Shown: positions 38,054-48,834, counted from the stretch's first letter. The stretch is DNA of 64,000 nucleotides from Candidatus Poribacteria bacterium (GCA_963665235.2 CAXXLX010000001.1:1856001-1920000), one strand, 5' to 3'. Translations and numbers: made by a program. The notes: generated by a model not told the origin, from the letters alone.

Positions 38054-40993
38054 TTAATTCCGTGCTTCAGGCGTAACTTTCAACTTTACCTCTTTTCCAT
38101 CTCGCATCACAACGACTTCAACAGGGTTTCCAATTTTGACAGCGTCAAGGGCGTACGTATAATCATAGATATTGGTAATCTTTTTACCGCCAAATTTAAC
38201 GATGATATCCCCGCCCTTTAATCCCGCTTTATCGGCGGGCCCGCCAGCGCGAACTCCGGAGAGTTTGACTCCCGCACCTTCTGTGGTATAATCAGGGATT
38301 GTTCCCAGATATGCACGCAGTGTATCGCGGCTGCCCTCTTCAGACCTGCTCCGTTCTACCTTTACATATTCAGGACGCGTATCGGCACTGACAAGGTCCG
38401 AAATAATTCCGTAGGCCAAGCTTGAGATACGTTCTAAACCGGTATAGTTAAGCGTGCTTGCATCATCGGTTGGACGGTTGTAATCTTCGTGGGCCCCTGT
38501 GAAAAAGTTGAGGACCGGCACCTCTTTCGGATAGAAGGCGGTCACATCCGTTGGCAAATAGGGGTCTTCTTGCAACGTTAGATTAAAACCGATAGGCACG
38601 TTCCGCTTTTCAATGAGCTTTGTCCAGATAGGTGATGAACCGACCCCTTGCAGGATAAGTCTGTTTTCGCGCAGTCGTCCGACCATATCGAAGTTGATGT
38701 AGGCTGCAACGTTCTCTAAGGGAAGCACGGGCGCGTTCACAAAGTGCGTAGAGCCGATGAGCCCAAGTTCTTCACCTGACCAGAGTGCGAAGATAATGCC
38801 TCTGTTGAATTTTTCTGGCATTTGTTGACTAAACATCGTTGCAAGTTTCAAAACGACAGCGGTGCCGGAAGCATTATCATCCGCCCCGTTATGGATTTGT
38901 CCCTCTTCCCCCTTTCTTGCAAGTGAGCTGATTTCACCGTGTCCGATATGGTCATAGTGTGCCCCGACGATGATATACTCAGCCTCATCTGTTTGTTCGG
39001 TTAACGTTGGCGGGATAATCGCGAGGACATTTTTATCCGTTTTCTTAACCTTTTCAATGGAAACATCAATTTTGATTTTAACGTGAGGCAACGGGAATTG
39101 ACCGACAAAGTGCGGATTTTCAACATCAAGTCCGGATTGAACCTCTTTCAAGGTTTTACCGGACGGTGCAAAAAGCGCGTTTGCGATGGTATCGGTGATG
39201 GAAGCAGCGACAATACCAGAGTCGGCAAGGCTGCTGTCAAAATCGAGCGGTATTAATTTGCCACCGTTTGGCGAATTCGGTCCGGCGACGACAAGAAATG
39301 CCTTGGCACCGTGTTCACGTGCCAGCATCGCCTTGTAACGGAGCCCCGCATACCGATTCAGGAGCTGCCTCCGTTCAGCGTCAACCGCTTCTGGAACATA
39401 GCGAAGGGCGACGACGATTTTATCCTTTACATCCAGACCCGCGTAAGCATCGTATCCCTCACCCATCTCCCCCGGAACGGAAAGCCCATATCCGACGAAC
39501 ACGACCTCCCCCTCAACGCCGCCGTTGCGTGAGAAGGAGAGCGGCAGGAAGTCTTTTTCAATTGTAAATTCAGTGCCTGTCTCGGTTTCGTGGGACCTGT
39601 GTGTGATATGAAAACGATTTTCATGAGGTATCACCTTTCTACCCGCTGTGAATTCAAAGGTTTGAAAATAGCTGTCCTCCTCGCCTGCGGGTTTGAGGTT
39701 GCGTTGCATAAATTGGGCAGCGATGTAATCCGCTGCGCGTTTCGCGCCATCTGTGCCGGTCATTCTTCCTTGTAGAGCATCGTCAGCTAGGAATTGAACG
39801 TGCTGGCGGAGGGTAGGCTCCGTTTTATCTGTCAATTCAGCAGCTGCATCCGCGGTCTGTGGAATTTCTGAAATTTGGCTCCGCGGTGCTGCGTAAATCG
39901 CTTTCAGCGCAGCGTTGTGGCTCCAGGAGGCGAGATAGAGTTGTGAAACCTCTTGACTGTTACGATTAGAGGTCCAGCACAATCGATTTCCATCGGGTGA
40001 AAAGACCGGTAGTCCATCAAAACCATCGGTTTCGGTAACGCGAATAGGTTCATGTCTGCCCTTTGCGTCGACGAGATAGAGCTCGAAGTTGGAAAATCCG
40101 AGTTTGTTGGAGGCAAAAATGACGTATAACCCGCTTGGGTGGAAATAGGGTGCCCAGGACATGCTATCGAAATCTGTCAACCGTTGGACCCCTGTGCCAT
40201 CCAAGCGCATCGTGTAGATATCGGATTTGCTGCCATCAGGTGTGAAATGCCGCCAGACGATGTGTTGTCCATCTGGGGTAAAGAAGGGCCCGCCATCGTA
40301 TCCTGGCCAGTCGGTTAAGCGTCTCTGATTGGTGCCATCCGCATCCATGATATAAATTTCACCAAAATAGGCGGGGTCAACTTCGAGCTGTTTCAGGTCT
40401 TTAGGTGTAAGTTGACTTTTCGGGTATGCGTCCCGCAGTGAACAGAACACGATGTGTTCACCATTGGGGGAGTATGAGGCTTCAGCATCGTATCCGTGCG
40501 CGTCTGTCAACTGTGTCAGGTCGCTTCCGTCTCGGTTTGCGCTGAAGATGTCCATCGCTTCGTCGTAATCCCAGCTATAGCGACGTTCTTTTCCGGAGGC
40601 GCGGAACTTGAGTTCCTCCACCTGTTTCGCCTTTGCGAAAACGTCGTGGTGTGTAGAGGCGTAAAGTACCTGCTCGGTTCCGGGTCGAAAGAAAGCACAT
40701 GTTGTTTTGCCAACCCCGGGTGAGACGCGATGCGTATCGCCTGTTAGTAGGTTTAAGAGGTATATTTGATAGAACGGGTTGTCAGGTTCGCGTTCGCTTT
40801 GAAAGATGAGCGCGTTTCCATCTTCGGAGAAATAGCCTTCTCCGGCACGCTTTCCATCGTACGTGAGTTGTCGGATATCGCTGAGAAATTGGGATTCCTC
40901 GGCGGAGACAGAAACGGTTAGGAGTAGCAAGCAGAAAAGAGTCAACCCTGTTCTAGCAAGGCATTTCACGAAACGCATCTCAATGTCCTCCAA
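38054..40993 (-). CDS. Secreted M28 peptidase with PD40 propeller, PA and PDZ domains
   Basis: GAHYDH, GADDNASG, GEELGL, NFDMVG, PD40 repeats and a C-terminal PDZ (GGPADKAGL). Confidence 0.92.
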   Translation of the reverse strand: MEDIEMRFVKCLARTGLTLFCLLLLTVSVSAEESQFLSDIRQLTYDGKRAGEGYFSEDGNALIFQSEREPDNPFYQIYLLNLLTGDTHRVSPGVGKTTCAFFRPGTEQVLYASTHHDVFAKAKQVEELKFRASGKERRYSWDYDEAMDIFSANRDGSDLTQLTDAHGYDAEASYSPNGEHIVFCSLRDAYPKSQLTPKDLKQLEVDPAYFGEIYIMDADGTNQRRLTDWPGYDGGPFFTPDGQHIVWRHFTPDGSKSDIYTMRLDGTGVQRLTDFDSMSWAPYFHPSGLYVIFASNKLGFSNFELYLVDAKGRHEPIRVTETDGFDGLPVFSPDGNRLCWTSNRNSQEVSQLYLASWSHNAALKAIYAAPRSQISEIPQTADAAAELTDKTEPTLRQHVQFLADDALQGRMTGTDGAKRAADYIAAQFMQRNLKPAGEEDSYFQTFEFTAGRKVIPHENRFHITHRSHETETGTEFTIEKDFLPLSFSRNGGVEGEVVFVGYGLSVPGEMGEGYDAYAGLDVKDKIVVALRYVPEAVDAERRQLLNRYAGLRYKAMLAREHGAKAFLVVAGPNSPNGGKLIPLDFDSSLADSGIVAASITDTIANALFAPSGKTLKEVQSGLDVENPHFVGQFPLPHVKIKIDVSIEKVKKTDKNVLAIIPPTLTEQTDEAEYIIVGAHYDHIGHGEISSLARKGEEGQIHNGADDNASGTAVVLKLATMFSQQMPEKFNRGIIFALWSGEELGLIGSTHFVNAPVLPLENVAAYINFDMVGRLRENRLILQGVGSSPIWTKLIEKRNVPIGFNLTLQEDPYLPTDVTAFYPKEVPVLNFFTGAHEDYNRPTDDASTLNYTGLERISSLAYGIISDLVSADTRPEYVKVERSRSEEGSRDTLRAYLGTIPDYTTEGAGVKLSGVRAGGPADKAGLKGGDIIVKFGGKKITNIYDYTYALDAVKIGNPVEVVVMRDGKEVKLKVTPEARN

Positions 40994-41013
40994 TTTCCAG
41001 ATTGTAATGTGGA

Positions 41014-41865
41014 TTACAGATATTGGTTTGCCATCTTTTTGAGAAAGGCGAGTCCATCTGTAGCGAGACTTTCGGCACTCGGTGCAATGTCACGCCAGAT
41101 ACACGTTGCAGCGGCAATCTCTTTGACCGCGGGTGTAAACGACTCAATGACGAGCCATCTATCATAGTTAACCTTGGCGAGTGCACTGAATACGCCATCC
41201 CAATCGACAAGACCTGTACCGGGGGTGCCGCGGTCGTTTTCACAGCAGTGCATGTGATGCAAAAACGTCCCTGTGTTTACAATTGCTTCCGCCTGGTCCT
41301 TTTCCTCTATGTTCATGTGGAAGGTATCGAGGTGAACTTTGAAGTACGGACTATCAACGGCTTCAGCGAGTTTAACGGCATCTTCGGCAATGTTGACGAA
41401 GTAGGTTTCAAAGCGGTTGAGCGGTTCGCTGGCAAGCGTGACTCCGTGTTTCCCACCGAATTCGGCGACCTCTTGTAACCCCGCAACGCACCACTCCCAC
41501 TCCTGTTGATTTCTGCCTCTGCCCACTAGTTTACCGACGGCACTGTACATCGGACCGACAAGCGTATCCGCTCCCAATTCGGCGATAACCTCGATTGTGC
41601 GTTTGAGATAGTTTTTTCCGTTTTCCCGAATGGCTGGGTCTTCGTCAATCGGATTTCTATCGCCTGCCATGATATTACACCCGATGGTTTCTAAGCCTGT
41701 ATCCTTAAGGATTGCTTGGGTATAGGGGATGTCGACCGTATCAGGGTCAAAAATCGGAATTTCGACTCCATCGAACCCCATGTCTGCAACTTTCGGAATG
41801 AGGTCCGCAGTTTCTCTATCGAACTTATCTGCCCAGAGTAATAAATTGACACCAAATTTTGGCAT
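41014..41865 (-). CDS. D-tagatose/D-psicose 3-epimerase-family sugar epimerase
   Basis: EPLNRFE, DTFHMNIEE, ENDRG and IESF. Confidence 0.9.
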   Translation of the reverse strand: MPKFGVNLLLWADKFDRETADLIPKVADMGFDGVEIPIFDPDTVDIPYTQAILKDTGLETIGCNIMAGDRNPIDEDPAIRENGKNYLKRTIEVIAELGADTLVGPMYSAVGKLVGRGRNQQEWEWCVAGLQEVAEFGGKHGVTLASEPLNRFETYFVNIAEDAVKLAEAVDSPYFKVHLDTFHMNIEEKDQAEAIVNTGTFLHHMHCCENDRGTPGTGLVDWDGVFSALAKVNYDRWLVIESFTPAVKEIAAATCIWRDIAPSAESLATDGLAFLKKMANQYL

Positions 41866-41953
41866 TTTCGGTTTTTCTCCTTCTCGCGGTTATATACTTT
41901 TTTGTAGTTTACCACAAATTGCAAAACGTTTCAAGAATTTTTGGCGGATACGA

Positions 41954-43660
41954 CTATCGGTTTGTATAGAGGAAATAGCAAATCATATCAGTCGCGTTTT
42001 TGTTCCCCTTGTTCTTGAGATTTTTCTGGTTAACGAATTCTAAGCGGGAACCGGCGGGCAAGAAAAGCGGTTTGCGGTAATGGTAAATATCGTGCCAATC
42101 GGTATCGGATGCTTTGATATGGAGCATTGGAATATGCTCACCTATCGGGGTTATTGCAATGATTTGCATGTCCTGTTTGGATATACCCATCGATGGATAG
42201 GCAGCGAACACATGGACATCTGTTTTAAACCGATACGAAGAGCCGTTTATCAGTGTTGCTGTGTGTAATTGGGCTGTCTCTGGCGTTTTGGAAAAATAAA
42301 GTCCGACCTGTAAGGTGTCACGTTCGTGATGTCCTGTGCCTTGATATAGGACATTTAAAATTAGATGCGCACCCTTTGGCAACAGATGTCCGACTCCCGC
42401 GGGCAAGGCAGGAGGGGCGACCCCGGGTGTCCATGCAGTTAGTATACCGTCAAACGTGTAATTGGGGGTTGCTTGTCCCCCGGAAGCAGTCGGTGTAACA
42501 GCCATTTTTTTACCAAAATTTGCGGTGATACCCCGGACCGATTTTCTATTCTCTAACTGAAAATCGATTGCCTGAACGGACATAGCTTTGTCGAAGCCTG
42601 TTGGGAGGGCAAACAGATGAGAGCCCCGTTTTCCCACAGGCAGTGCTTTAAAATCGAGCGGAATCTCGGTTACCCAATCCGGTTCACCGAGCGTCCATGT
42701 CCATGTCTCTGAGGTGGACGTTATGGGGGTGTGATGGATTGCTGGGCCTGCTGGCGTGTTGGTTTTAACCCATGTTGTTATCATCTCAATTTCGGTATCA
42801 GTAAGTCGTCGTTCGTTCTTGAAGTCGCCGTAGCCGTGTACCGGTTTCCATGGCGGCATGAGACGTGCTTGTGTGTATTCGGCAATTTTGGCACCGTGTG
42901 TCTTCGCATCGTCATAACTCAATAGTGCAAACGGTGCGAACCCGTTCTGCTGATGACAGGTTTGGCAGTTCTTTTGCAAGATAGGCGCGATATGTTCGCT
43001 ATAGGTTATCTGCTTTTGTGTGGCCTGTTCGGGAAGATGAATTGTGCATCCGAATGCGGGGGTCTCTTTGACCGGTACCGGTTTTCCATCAAGAACCGCT
43101 ACGAGCGCGTCTCTCAGGTAATTGTGCTTTATCCGTGTTTCATAACGGTTGTCGTCGATTGGGCCCCGGTAACGTAAAACCCCCCGCGAGTCGATGAGAT
43201 GTGCTTGTGGAGTCATCGTTGCGCCGAGGTGCCGTGCTAAACTGCCATCGGTATCCTTCACAATCGGGAACGGGAATTCTGCTTTAGCAAGGTATGCCTT
43301 GATGTCATCTACAGAATCGTTTTCGTTGGCGTAGACTCCGATAAGGGTGACGTGTTTGTCAGCAAATTTGGTATGCATCCGCTTTAATCGCATTGCATAT
43401 CGCTGCGCGACGGGGCATTCTGCGGCGAGAAATACAAAGATGGCTGGCCCCTGTGTGATAAGTAAACCTAAGCTGCGTGTGTTGCCCGGCAGTGTTGTGA
43501 AGGTAATGTCCGATAACTTCGTGCCGACCGGGACACGTTGTGAATCTGGCAATTTTTCCTGAATGACGCGATGTTTTTTCGGTATGGTATAGTCTGTTTG
43601 TGCATGCACTACTGTTGGTAGGATTAATATGAATAAGATTGTTGCAATTTTGCGTATCAT
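41954..43660 (-). CDS. Secreted redoxin (AhpC/TSA) + monoheme cytochrome c + degenerate Cu-monooxygenase-like domain
   Basis: ECPVA, YRGPIDD, FGCTI, CQTCH, MPPW and LGEPD. Confidence 0.8.
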   Translation of the reverse strand: MIRKIATILFILILPTVVHAQTDYTIPKKHRVIQEKLPDSQRVPVGTKLSDITFTTLPGNTRSLGLLITQGPAIFVFLAAECPVAQRYAMRLKRMHTKFADKHVTLIGVYANENDSVDDIKAYLAKAEFPFPIVKDTDGSLARHLGATMTPQAHLIDSRGVLRYRGPIDDNRYETRIKHNYLRDALVAVLDGKPVPVKETPAFGCTIHLPEQATQKQITYSEHIAPILQKNCQTCHQQNGFAPFALLSYDDAKTHGAKIAEYTQARLMPPWKPVHGYGDFKNERRLTDTEIEMITTWVKTNTPAGPAIHHTPITSTSETWTWTLGEPDWVTEIPLDFKALPVGKRGSHLFALPTGFDKAMSVQAIDFQLENRKSVRGITANFGKKMAVTPTASGGQATPNYTFDGILTAWTPGVAPPALPAGVGHLLPKGAHLILNVLYQGTGHHERDTLQVGLYFSKTPETAQLHTATLINGSSYRFKTDVHVFAAYPSMGISKQDMQIIAITPIGEHIPMLHIKASDTDWHDIYHYRKPLFLPAGSRLEFVNQKNLKNKGNKNATDMICYFLYTNR

Positions 43661-43698
43661 GGATTTAGCTTCTCTAATTATTGTTAGTGTTAATTTAA

Positions 43699-43782
43699 AG
43701 TATACCATTATTGTGTACAGATGTCAAATGTTTTTTTATTTTCAAAAAAAGAGTTGACATTTGAGCAGCGGTTTGGTACACT
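43699..43782. promoter_or_regulatory. Back-to-back divergent sigma70-type promoters
   Basis: Minus strand: TTGACA-N17-TATACT (43727-43699). Plus strand: TTGACA-N17-TACACT (43754-43782). Confidence 0.7.
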
Positions 43783-43833
43783 ATGGAGATGATGGCTGAC
43801 GAAAAATATAGCATCTACAAAGGAGAATTTTTG

Positions 43834-44496
43834 ATGTCACAACATGACCAGATTGCCCTTTTCAACGGTAAGGATATGACAGGTTGGCTCGCCAGGGGCG
43901 GAGCTGCACAACATGAATGGGCTGCTGTCGGTGCCGTTTCCCTGAATCCAGACGATAATAAACTGTTGGCAACGACCGCCGGTGAAGGAATCTTTTGCAA
44001 CGGGCCCACCGGGCGAACAGTCGATATTTACACGGAAGAGACACACGGTGATTGTGAGCTGCACGTTGAATTTATGGTGCCGCAGGGCTCCAATTCCGGT
44101 GTTTACGTGATGGGTCGGTATGAGATTCAGATATTGGATAGCTGGGGCGCGACTGAGCTCCACTACGGTACGTGTGGCGGTGTTTACTGTCGTTGGATTG
44201 ATAATAAACCTGTTGATGGCGTACCGCCGCGCGTCAATGCTAGTAAGCCGCCGGGGGAGTGGCAGACGTTTGATATCAACTTCCGTGCACCCAAGTTTGA
44301 CGCGGATGGCAATAAGACTGCAAACGCGCTTTTCGTGGAGGTCTTGTGGAACGGACAGGTGGTCCACGAAAACGTTGAGGTTGCTGGTTGTACACGGGGG
44401 GCGATGTTAGGAGAGGAAGCGGCGACGGGGCCCTTGCTTTTACAGGGTGACCACGGGCCGGTTGCTTATCGCAACGTGGTTTTGACCCCGGTTTAG
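43834..44496 (+). CDS. DUF1080 (3-keto-glycoside hydrolase-like) protein
   Basis: LFNGKDMTGW, SNSGVY, YEIQILDS, GEWQ and LQGDHG..YRN. AAGGAG RBS. Confidence 0.9.
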   Translation: MSQHDQIALFNGKDMTGWLARGGAAQHEWAAVGAVSLNPDDNKLLATTAGEGIFCNGPTGRTVDIYTEETHGDCELHVEFMVPQGSNSGVYVMGRYEIQILDSWGATELHYGTCGGVYCRWIDNKPVDGVPPRVNASKPPGEWQTFDINFRAPKFDADGNKTANALFVEVLWNGQVVHENVEVAGCTRGAMLGEEAATGPLLLQGDHGPVAYRNVVLTPV

Positions 44497-44506
44497 ACTG
44501 GACAAT

Positions 44507-45028
44507 TTACAGTGGGCCCGGAGGATGCAGGATATGATACGTTGCAACGGCAAGAGCGACGTGTACATTTAAGGAGCCGATTTTGCCGTACATCGGGAGG
44601 TAAATTGCTAATTCGCATGCATCTAAGGTCCGTCGGGAAACGCCGCGGTATTCGTTACCGACGACGAGGCATACTTTTTCGGGATATTCCACGGTGTGAT
44701 AAGGCACGGCATTTGACGCGACCTCAAGGGCACATGTGAGATACCCCTCTTCTGTGTATTTTTCAACGGCCTCGGCGGCGTATTTTATGGTGCGCCAGGG
44801 GACTCTGCGATGTGTGCCGCGCCCAATACCGGCGATGGTGGGATGTGGCGGGTGCGCGCTAATCCCAGCTAACACAATTTCGCGGGCTCTACATGCATCT
44901 GCAATTCTAAAGGTCGCGCCAACGTTAACCGGGTCTTCAACATCTTGTAGGACAAAAACGAGCTCAACCGCTGGCGAACCGTCCTGTTTTAAAAAACGTT
45001 TGAGTGCGTTGTTTCGTAACTGCTTCAT
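44507..45028 (-). CDS. TrmH/SpoU-family RNA methyltransferase
   Basis: DPVNVGATFR, VGNEYRG and PMYGKIGSLNV. Confidence 0.9.
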   Translation of the reverse strand: MKQLRNNALKRFLKQDGSPAVELVFVLQDVEDPVNVGATFRIADACRAREIVLAGISAHPPHPTIAGIGRGTHRRVPWRTIKYAAEAVEKYTEEGYLTCALEVASNAVPYHTVEYPEKVCLVVGNEYRGVSRRTLDACELAIYLPMYGKIGSLNVHVALAVATYHILHPPGPL

Positions 45029-45051
45029 TATTTTAAGGAATTATTTGGATT

Positions 45052-46111
45052 ATGGAAAAACTAAAACTCGGCATTATTGGTGCAGGTGGTATCGTCTGCC
45101 GGATGCATCTACCCGATTTAACGAACGGAACCGATTTTGAGGTAGCCGTAATTGGCGGTAGACGTGAACACCGTTTAAAATATCAGTGTGAAGAATTTAA
45201 CATTCCACGTTGGACGCAGGATTACGATGAGATTATCGCCGATGAGACGCTGGATGCGATTCTTGTCGGTACCCCGCATCCCCTGCACGTTTCGTGGGGA
45301 GTGAAGGCGTTAGAAGCGGGTAAGCATGTCCTGATGCAAAAACCGCTCTGCGGGGATATGGACGAGGCGAATCAGTTTGTCGCTGCGGCGGAAGCGAGTG
45401 GCAAAACGGTAATGTGCCTTCCACATTTCGGTGCGTCTATCTACAAAATCCGCGAACTTATCGCTGAAAATGCTATCGGCCGCGTATCCGGGGCGAGAAT
45501 GCGGAGCAGCCACGGTGGTCCAGAAATCTATTATGCTGAAATTCGCGACATTTTCGGTGAAACCGAGGACGATTTATGGTTTTTTGATGCTAAACAGGCT
45601 AGCGTCGGTGCCCTTTTTGATATGGGGGTTTACGCTGTCTCTGGTCTCGTTGCGATGCTCGGCACCTTCAAACGGGTGACCGGCTTCGTCTCCACGTTTC
45701 GATAAACCGACTGAACTAGAGGATGTCGCTACGCTGGTGCTTGAGATGCAATCGGGTGGCATTGTCACAGCCGAAACGAGCTGGTGCGACCCAGCACGTA
45801 CAGGTGAATCAAGTATCCACGGGACTGCTGGTAAATTTACAATGCCCGGTAAAGATGGCGCGGCAGTAACGCAGTGGACTCCTACCTCCTATACCCGCGA
45901 ACACGCGCCTGTTGATACTAAGTCAGTTGATTGCAGTGATGCTGCCCCGAAAGGTATGCATGCCCATTTCGCTGAACACATTCGAGCTGGCACACAACCG
46001 CCGCTCTCCAATGTTTACACCGCACGGCATGTGACTGAAATTATGCTTGCAGGACTCAAATCCTCTGAAACGGGAAGGGCAATTGAACTGACGACAACTG
46101 CTGACCAATAG
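45052..46111 (+). CDS. Gfo/Idh/MocA oxidoreductase with a 1-nt frameshift near 45698
   Basis: GIIGAG, GKHVLMQKP and GALFDMGVY. Removing one T from ACGTTTCGAT joins the frame to FDKPTELEDVATLVLEM. Confidence 0.85.
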
Positions 46112-46188
46112 TTAGGAAAACTGGACAGATGTCTTCATGTGATAAAGGGCAGAAAGTGCACCTACATGACATGAAGACATCTCAATAT

Positions 46189-46626
46189 TTAACCTAAACT
46201 CGCGTGAAATTCGTACCAATCGTCAAGGTTGTTAAGGTTAATCGCGTCTAAAATTGTTCCATCGTCTTCAATACCGCTTGCGCCGAGGATGCTCGTCCGG
46301 GTATCGTCGTCGTGATGGTACCCCTCAATTGCGGCGTTCAACTCGGCGACTGCGTCTTCGTCAAGGCTGCCACCGCTCTGCTCTAAGACCCATGCCTCAA
46401 ATTGCGGATAGGTGGGTGAATTGTCCTGGATATATGCCAGCGTTTCGTCTTTGTCGAGACCGAGAGCATCTAATACCATCTGATCATAACCCATTCCGCA
46501 TGCTGGATACTCTTCATGAAGAACGCCCTTGGCATCCATCAACACTTTTGACCAGAACCGGGGGAGGTGCAAGACACCGAGGGGACCAGCAACCCCGGAA
46601 CTGATTGTCGGAATCATTCCTGCCAT
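46189..46626 (-). CDS. DUF5069-like small protein
   Basis: GPLGVLHLPR.W.K and YPACGMGYD. AAGGAG RBS before ATG 46626. Confidence 0.7.
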   Translation of the reverse strand: MAGMIPTISSGVAGPLGVLHLPRFWSKVLMDAKGVLHEEYPACGMGYDQMVLDALGLDKDETLAYIQDNSPTYPQFEAWVLEQSGGSLDEDAVAELNAAIEGYHHDDDTRTSILGASGIEDDGTILDAINLNNLDDWYEFHASLG

Positions 46627-46783
46627 TTTGTTTTCTCCTTTTGTTGTTATTGCGATAGACACTGTTGCCCATCATGTGCAAATCTTCGGACGTAGTTTGC
46701 AAGTCTATCTTACAAACCGTTTTGATTATAGCACGAATTTTAAAAAAAGTGTAACAAAATTTTGGAAGTCCTGATTTTAAAAG

Positions 46784-46851
46784 TGGAAGGATGGAAGATT
46801 GGAAGGATGGAAGGATGGAAGGATGGAAGGATGGAAGATTGGAAGGATGGA
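46784..46851. repeat. 8-bp microsatellite, 8 copies
   Basis: (TGGAAGGA/TGGAAGAT)x8. Confidence 0.95.
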
Positions 46852-47278
46852 TTTCGCGCGTGTGTTGTCTGAATGCACATCGCATTTGAGCAAGTACGCC
46901 GCAAATCACGGATTATCGCGGAGGACACGGAGGCCGCGGCAAGAAGAGGTTTTCGAGCATGAAACATATTACCTGTCTGGGTTTAAGCGGTGGGACATTG
47001 CGTTTTGTATAAACATATCGCCCTTGAGGAGCGGGAAACCGTTTGCCCGAATACTGGGGCTAAGCCCGGGGCCGGTCGGTGCGGTTTTTTCTGTGTCCTC
47101 TGTGTAATCCGAGATTCTGACAAATCAAAAACGCGGACATGCTTTTGTACAAAAACTTTACGCACTCGTATGCTGGCGATGCGTTCTTGGCAGAATCGCG
47201 GGTTGGCGCGGATTACACGGATTTCGCGGGTTGTCACTTTGCAACATCAAGTTATCTGCTAAGCGGACAGCTTTTTAT

Positions 47279-48073
47279 CTATGGAGGCGTTAGCAGTGCG
47301 GCGATGTCCTCTGGTAGTTTAACATCATGTTTCTGTTCGAAGTCGGCAACGTTCGCGTAGGCGTTGTGAAATAAAGCAACGATATCCTTTTCCATGTCTT
47401 TGGCAGTTGCCAGGTCCGATTTTGCTTTTTCCCACTCTTGCAAGTGTAAAAATGCCATACCGCGATTGTAATATGCCTCGGCAAAATTCGGTTTGCGTTC
47501 TATTGCCGCGTTATAGTCTTCAATTGCCCGTTGATACTCGCCTTTTCGCGAATAAGCACTACCCCGACCGTTATAGGAATCTACAAAGTTCGGTTTAAGT
47601 TCTAGTGCCTTGCTATAGTCTACGATTGCGTTATTATACTCCTGTCTTTCAAAGTAAACGATGCCACGGTTGTAATACGGATAGGTAAAACTGGGCTCGA
47701 GTTCTATTGCTGTGTTATAGTCCTCAATAGCCCGCTCAATTTCACCTTTGAGTTTATAAACTATCCCACGATTGTTATATCCCACAGGCAAATTAGGCTC
47801 TAACCTTATCGCTTTGTTACAATCTTCGAGGGCGCGCTCGTAATTCCCTTTGATACGGTATGCGCTACCCCGATTGCTGTATGCCTCGGCATAGTTTTCA
47901 TCGCGACTAATAGCTGTGTTGAAGTCTTTAATAGCACGCTCAATTTCGCCTTTATTAGTATACGCAATGCCGCGGTAGTTATAAGGCCTGGCAAAACTGG
48001 GTTTTTCCATAATTAGTTTGGTAAAACGTTCGATAGCCCTATCGTTAGGATCTTGTCCAATTTCGGTCTTCAT
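47279..48073 (-). CDS. Tetratricopeptide repeat protein
   Basis: About six 34-aa repeats of the type AYxNRGxAYxxKGExxRAIEDYNxAI. Confidence 0.95.
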   Translation of the reverse strand: MKTEIGQDPNDRAIERFTKLIMEKPSFARPYNYRGIAYTNKGEIERAIKDFNTAISRDENYAEAYSNRGSAYRIKGNYERALEDCNKAIRLEPNLPVGYNNRGIVYKLKGEIERAIEDYNTAIELEPSFTYPYYNRGIVYFERQEYNNAIVDYSKALELKPNFVDSYNGRGSAYSRKGEYQRAIEDYNAAIERKPNFAEAYYNRGMAFLHLQEWEKAKSDLATAKDMEKDIVALFHNAYANVADFEQKHDVKLPEDIAALLTPP

Positions 48074-48075
48074 GT

Positions 48076-48768
48076 TTATGCCTCCGTTATGTTTGGCGTT
48101 GAGCCCATCGAGTCTTCTTCGGCTTGATAAATCTCTATAGAGGTTTTCTGATGGCTGCCTTGCTCTCTAATAAACCCATGGAGATCATTGTAAACGGTTT
48201 GTGTTGAGATACCGTGCTGTTTTCGCAGATGGTCTAATATCGGTTCCTTGAGTGATGCGGGAATGTCTATTACAGCGAAGTGTTCAGGTTCAATAAACCC
48301 CTTCGGTGGCCGAACGAATATACTTTTCTGTGCTATGATACGGTTTTGCGGGTTCCGAGGTTCTTTAATCTGATATTTTTCGTTTATCTCCTCACTTCTC
48401 TCCAACAAAATAATCCGGCCGGATTTTCCAAGTGAACCGTCACAGGCGAAAAAGAGAGCGATGTGGTTGTCTGTCGTAAAATCCACAAGATTGGTATGAC
48501 CGCCGTAGTGTTGGAGTTCTGTCAAGATTTCAAAACTATCTTCCTTGTAGGTATAGGCTTTAGCCACTTCCAGAATGTCTACTTGGATAGCTTCTATATC
48601 GAATTCCTCTGTTCCAATTTCTTTCTGGCATTCACGCCACAGACTTGAAGATACTTTCTCATAGTGTTGAGGTTCGCCGCGATAGATGAATCCGCCATCG
48701 GCGGTTGTTTCTGCTATCTTACTGACTATCTCTAAAATGCTGTTGCGTTCGGTTTCTTGTGTGTTCAA
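48076..48768 (-). CDS. FRG domain protein
   Basis: IYRGE, LQHYGGHTNLVDFT, ALFFAC and RIIAQKSIF. TTG start with GGAG. Confidence 0.92.
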   Translation of the reverse strand: MNTQETERNSILEIVSKIAETTADGGFIYRGEPQHYEKVSSSLWRECQKEIGTEEFDIEAIQVDILEVAKAYTYKEDSFEILTELQHYGGHTNLVDFTTDNHIALFFACDGSLGKSGRIILLERSEEINEKYQIKEPRNPQNRIIAQKSIFVRPPKGFIEPEHFAVIDIPASLKEPILDHLRKQHGISTQTVYNDLHGFIREQGSHQKTSIEIYQAEEDSMGSTPNITEA

Positions 48769-48805
48769 ACTTGCTCTCCATGATGCGAATTTCCGCTGAT
48801 GTTAA

Positions 48806-48834
48806 ATTATAGCATGTCCGCGTTCGCTTGTCAA
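48806..48834 (-). promoter_or_regulatory. Perfect-consensus sigma70 promoter for FRG-TPR
   Basis: TTGACA-N17-TATAAT with TG extension. Confidence 0.85.

Noticed and set aside
46514-47360. Short ORFs across the microsatellite and repeat region (e.g. 46514-46909, 46799-47107)
   Set aside because: They are translations of low-complexity repeats with no RBS or family motifs.
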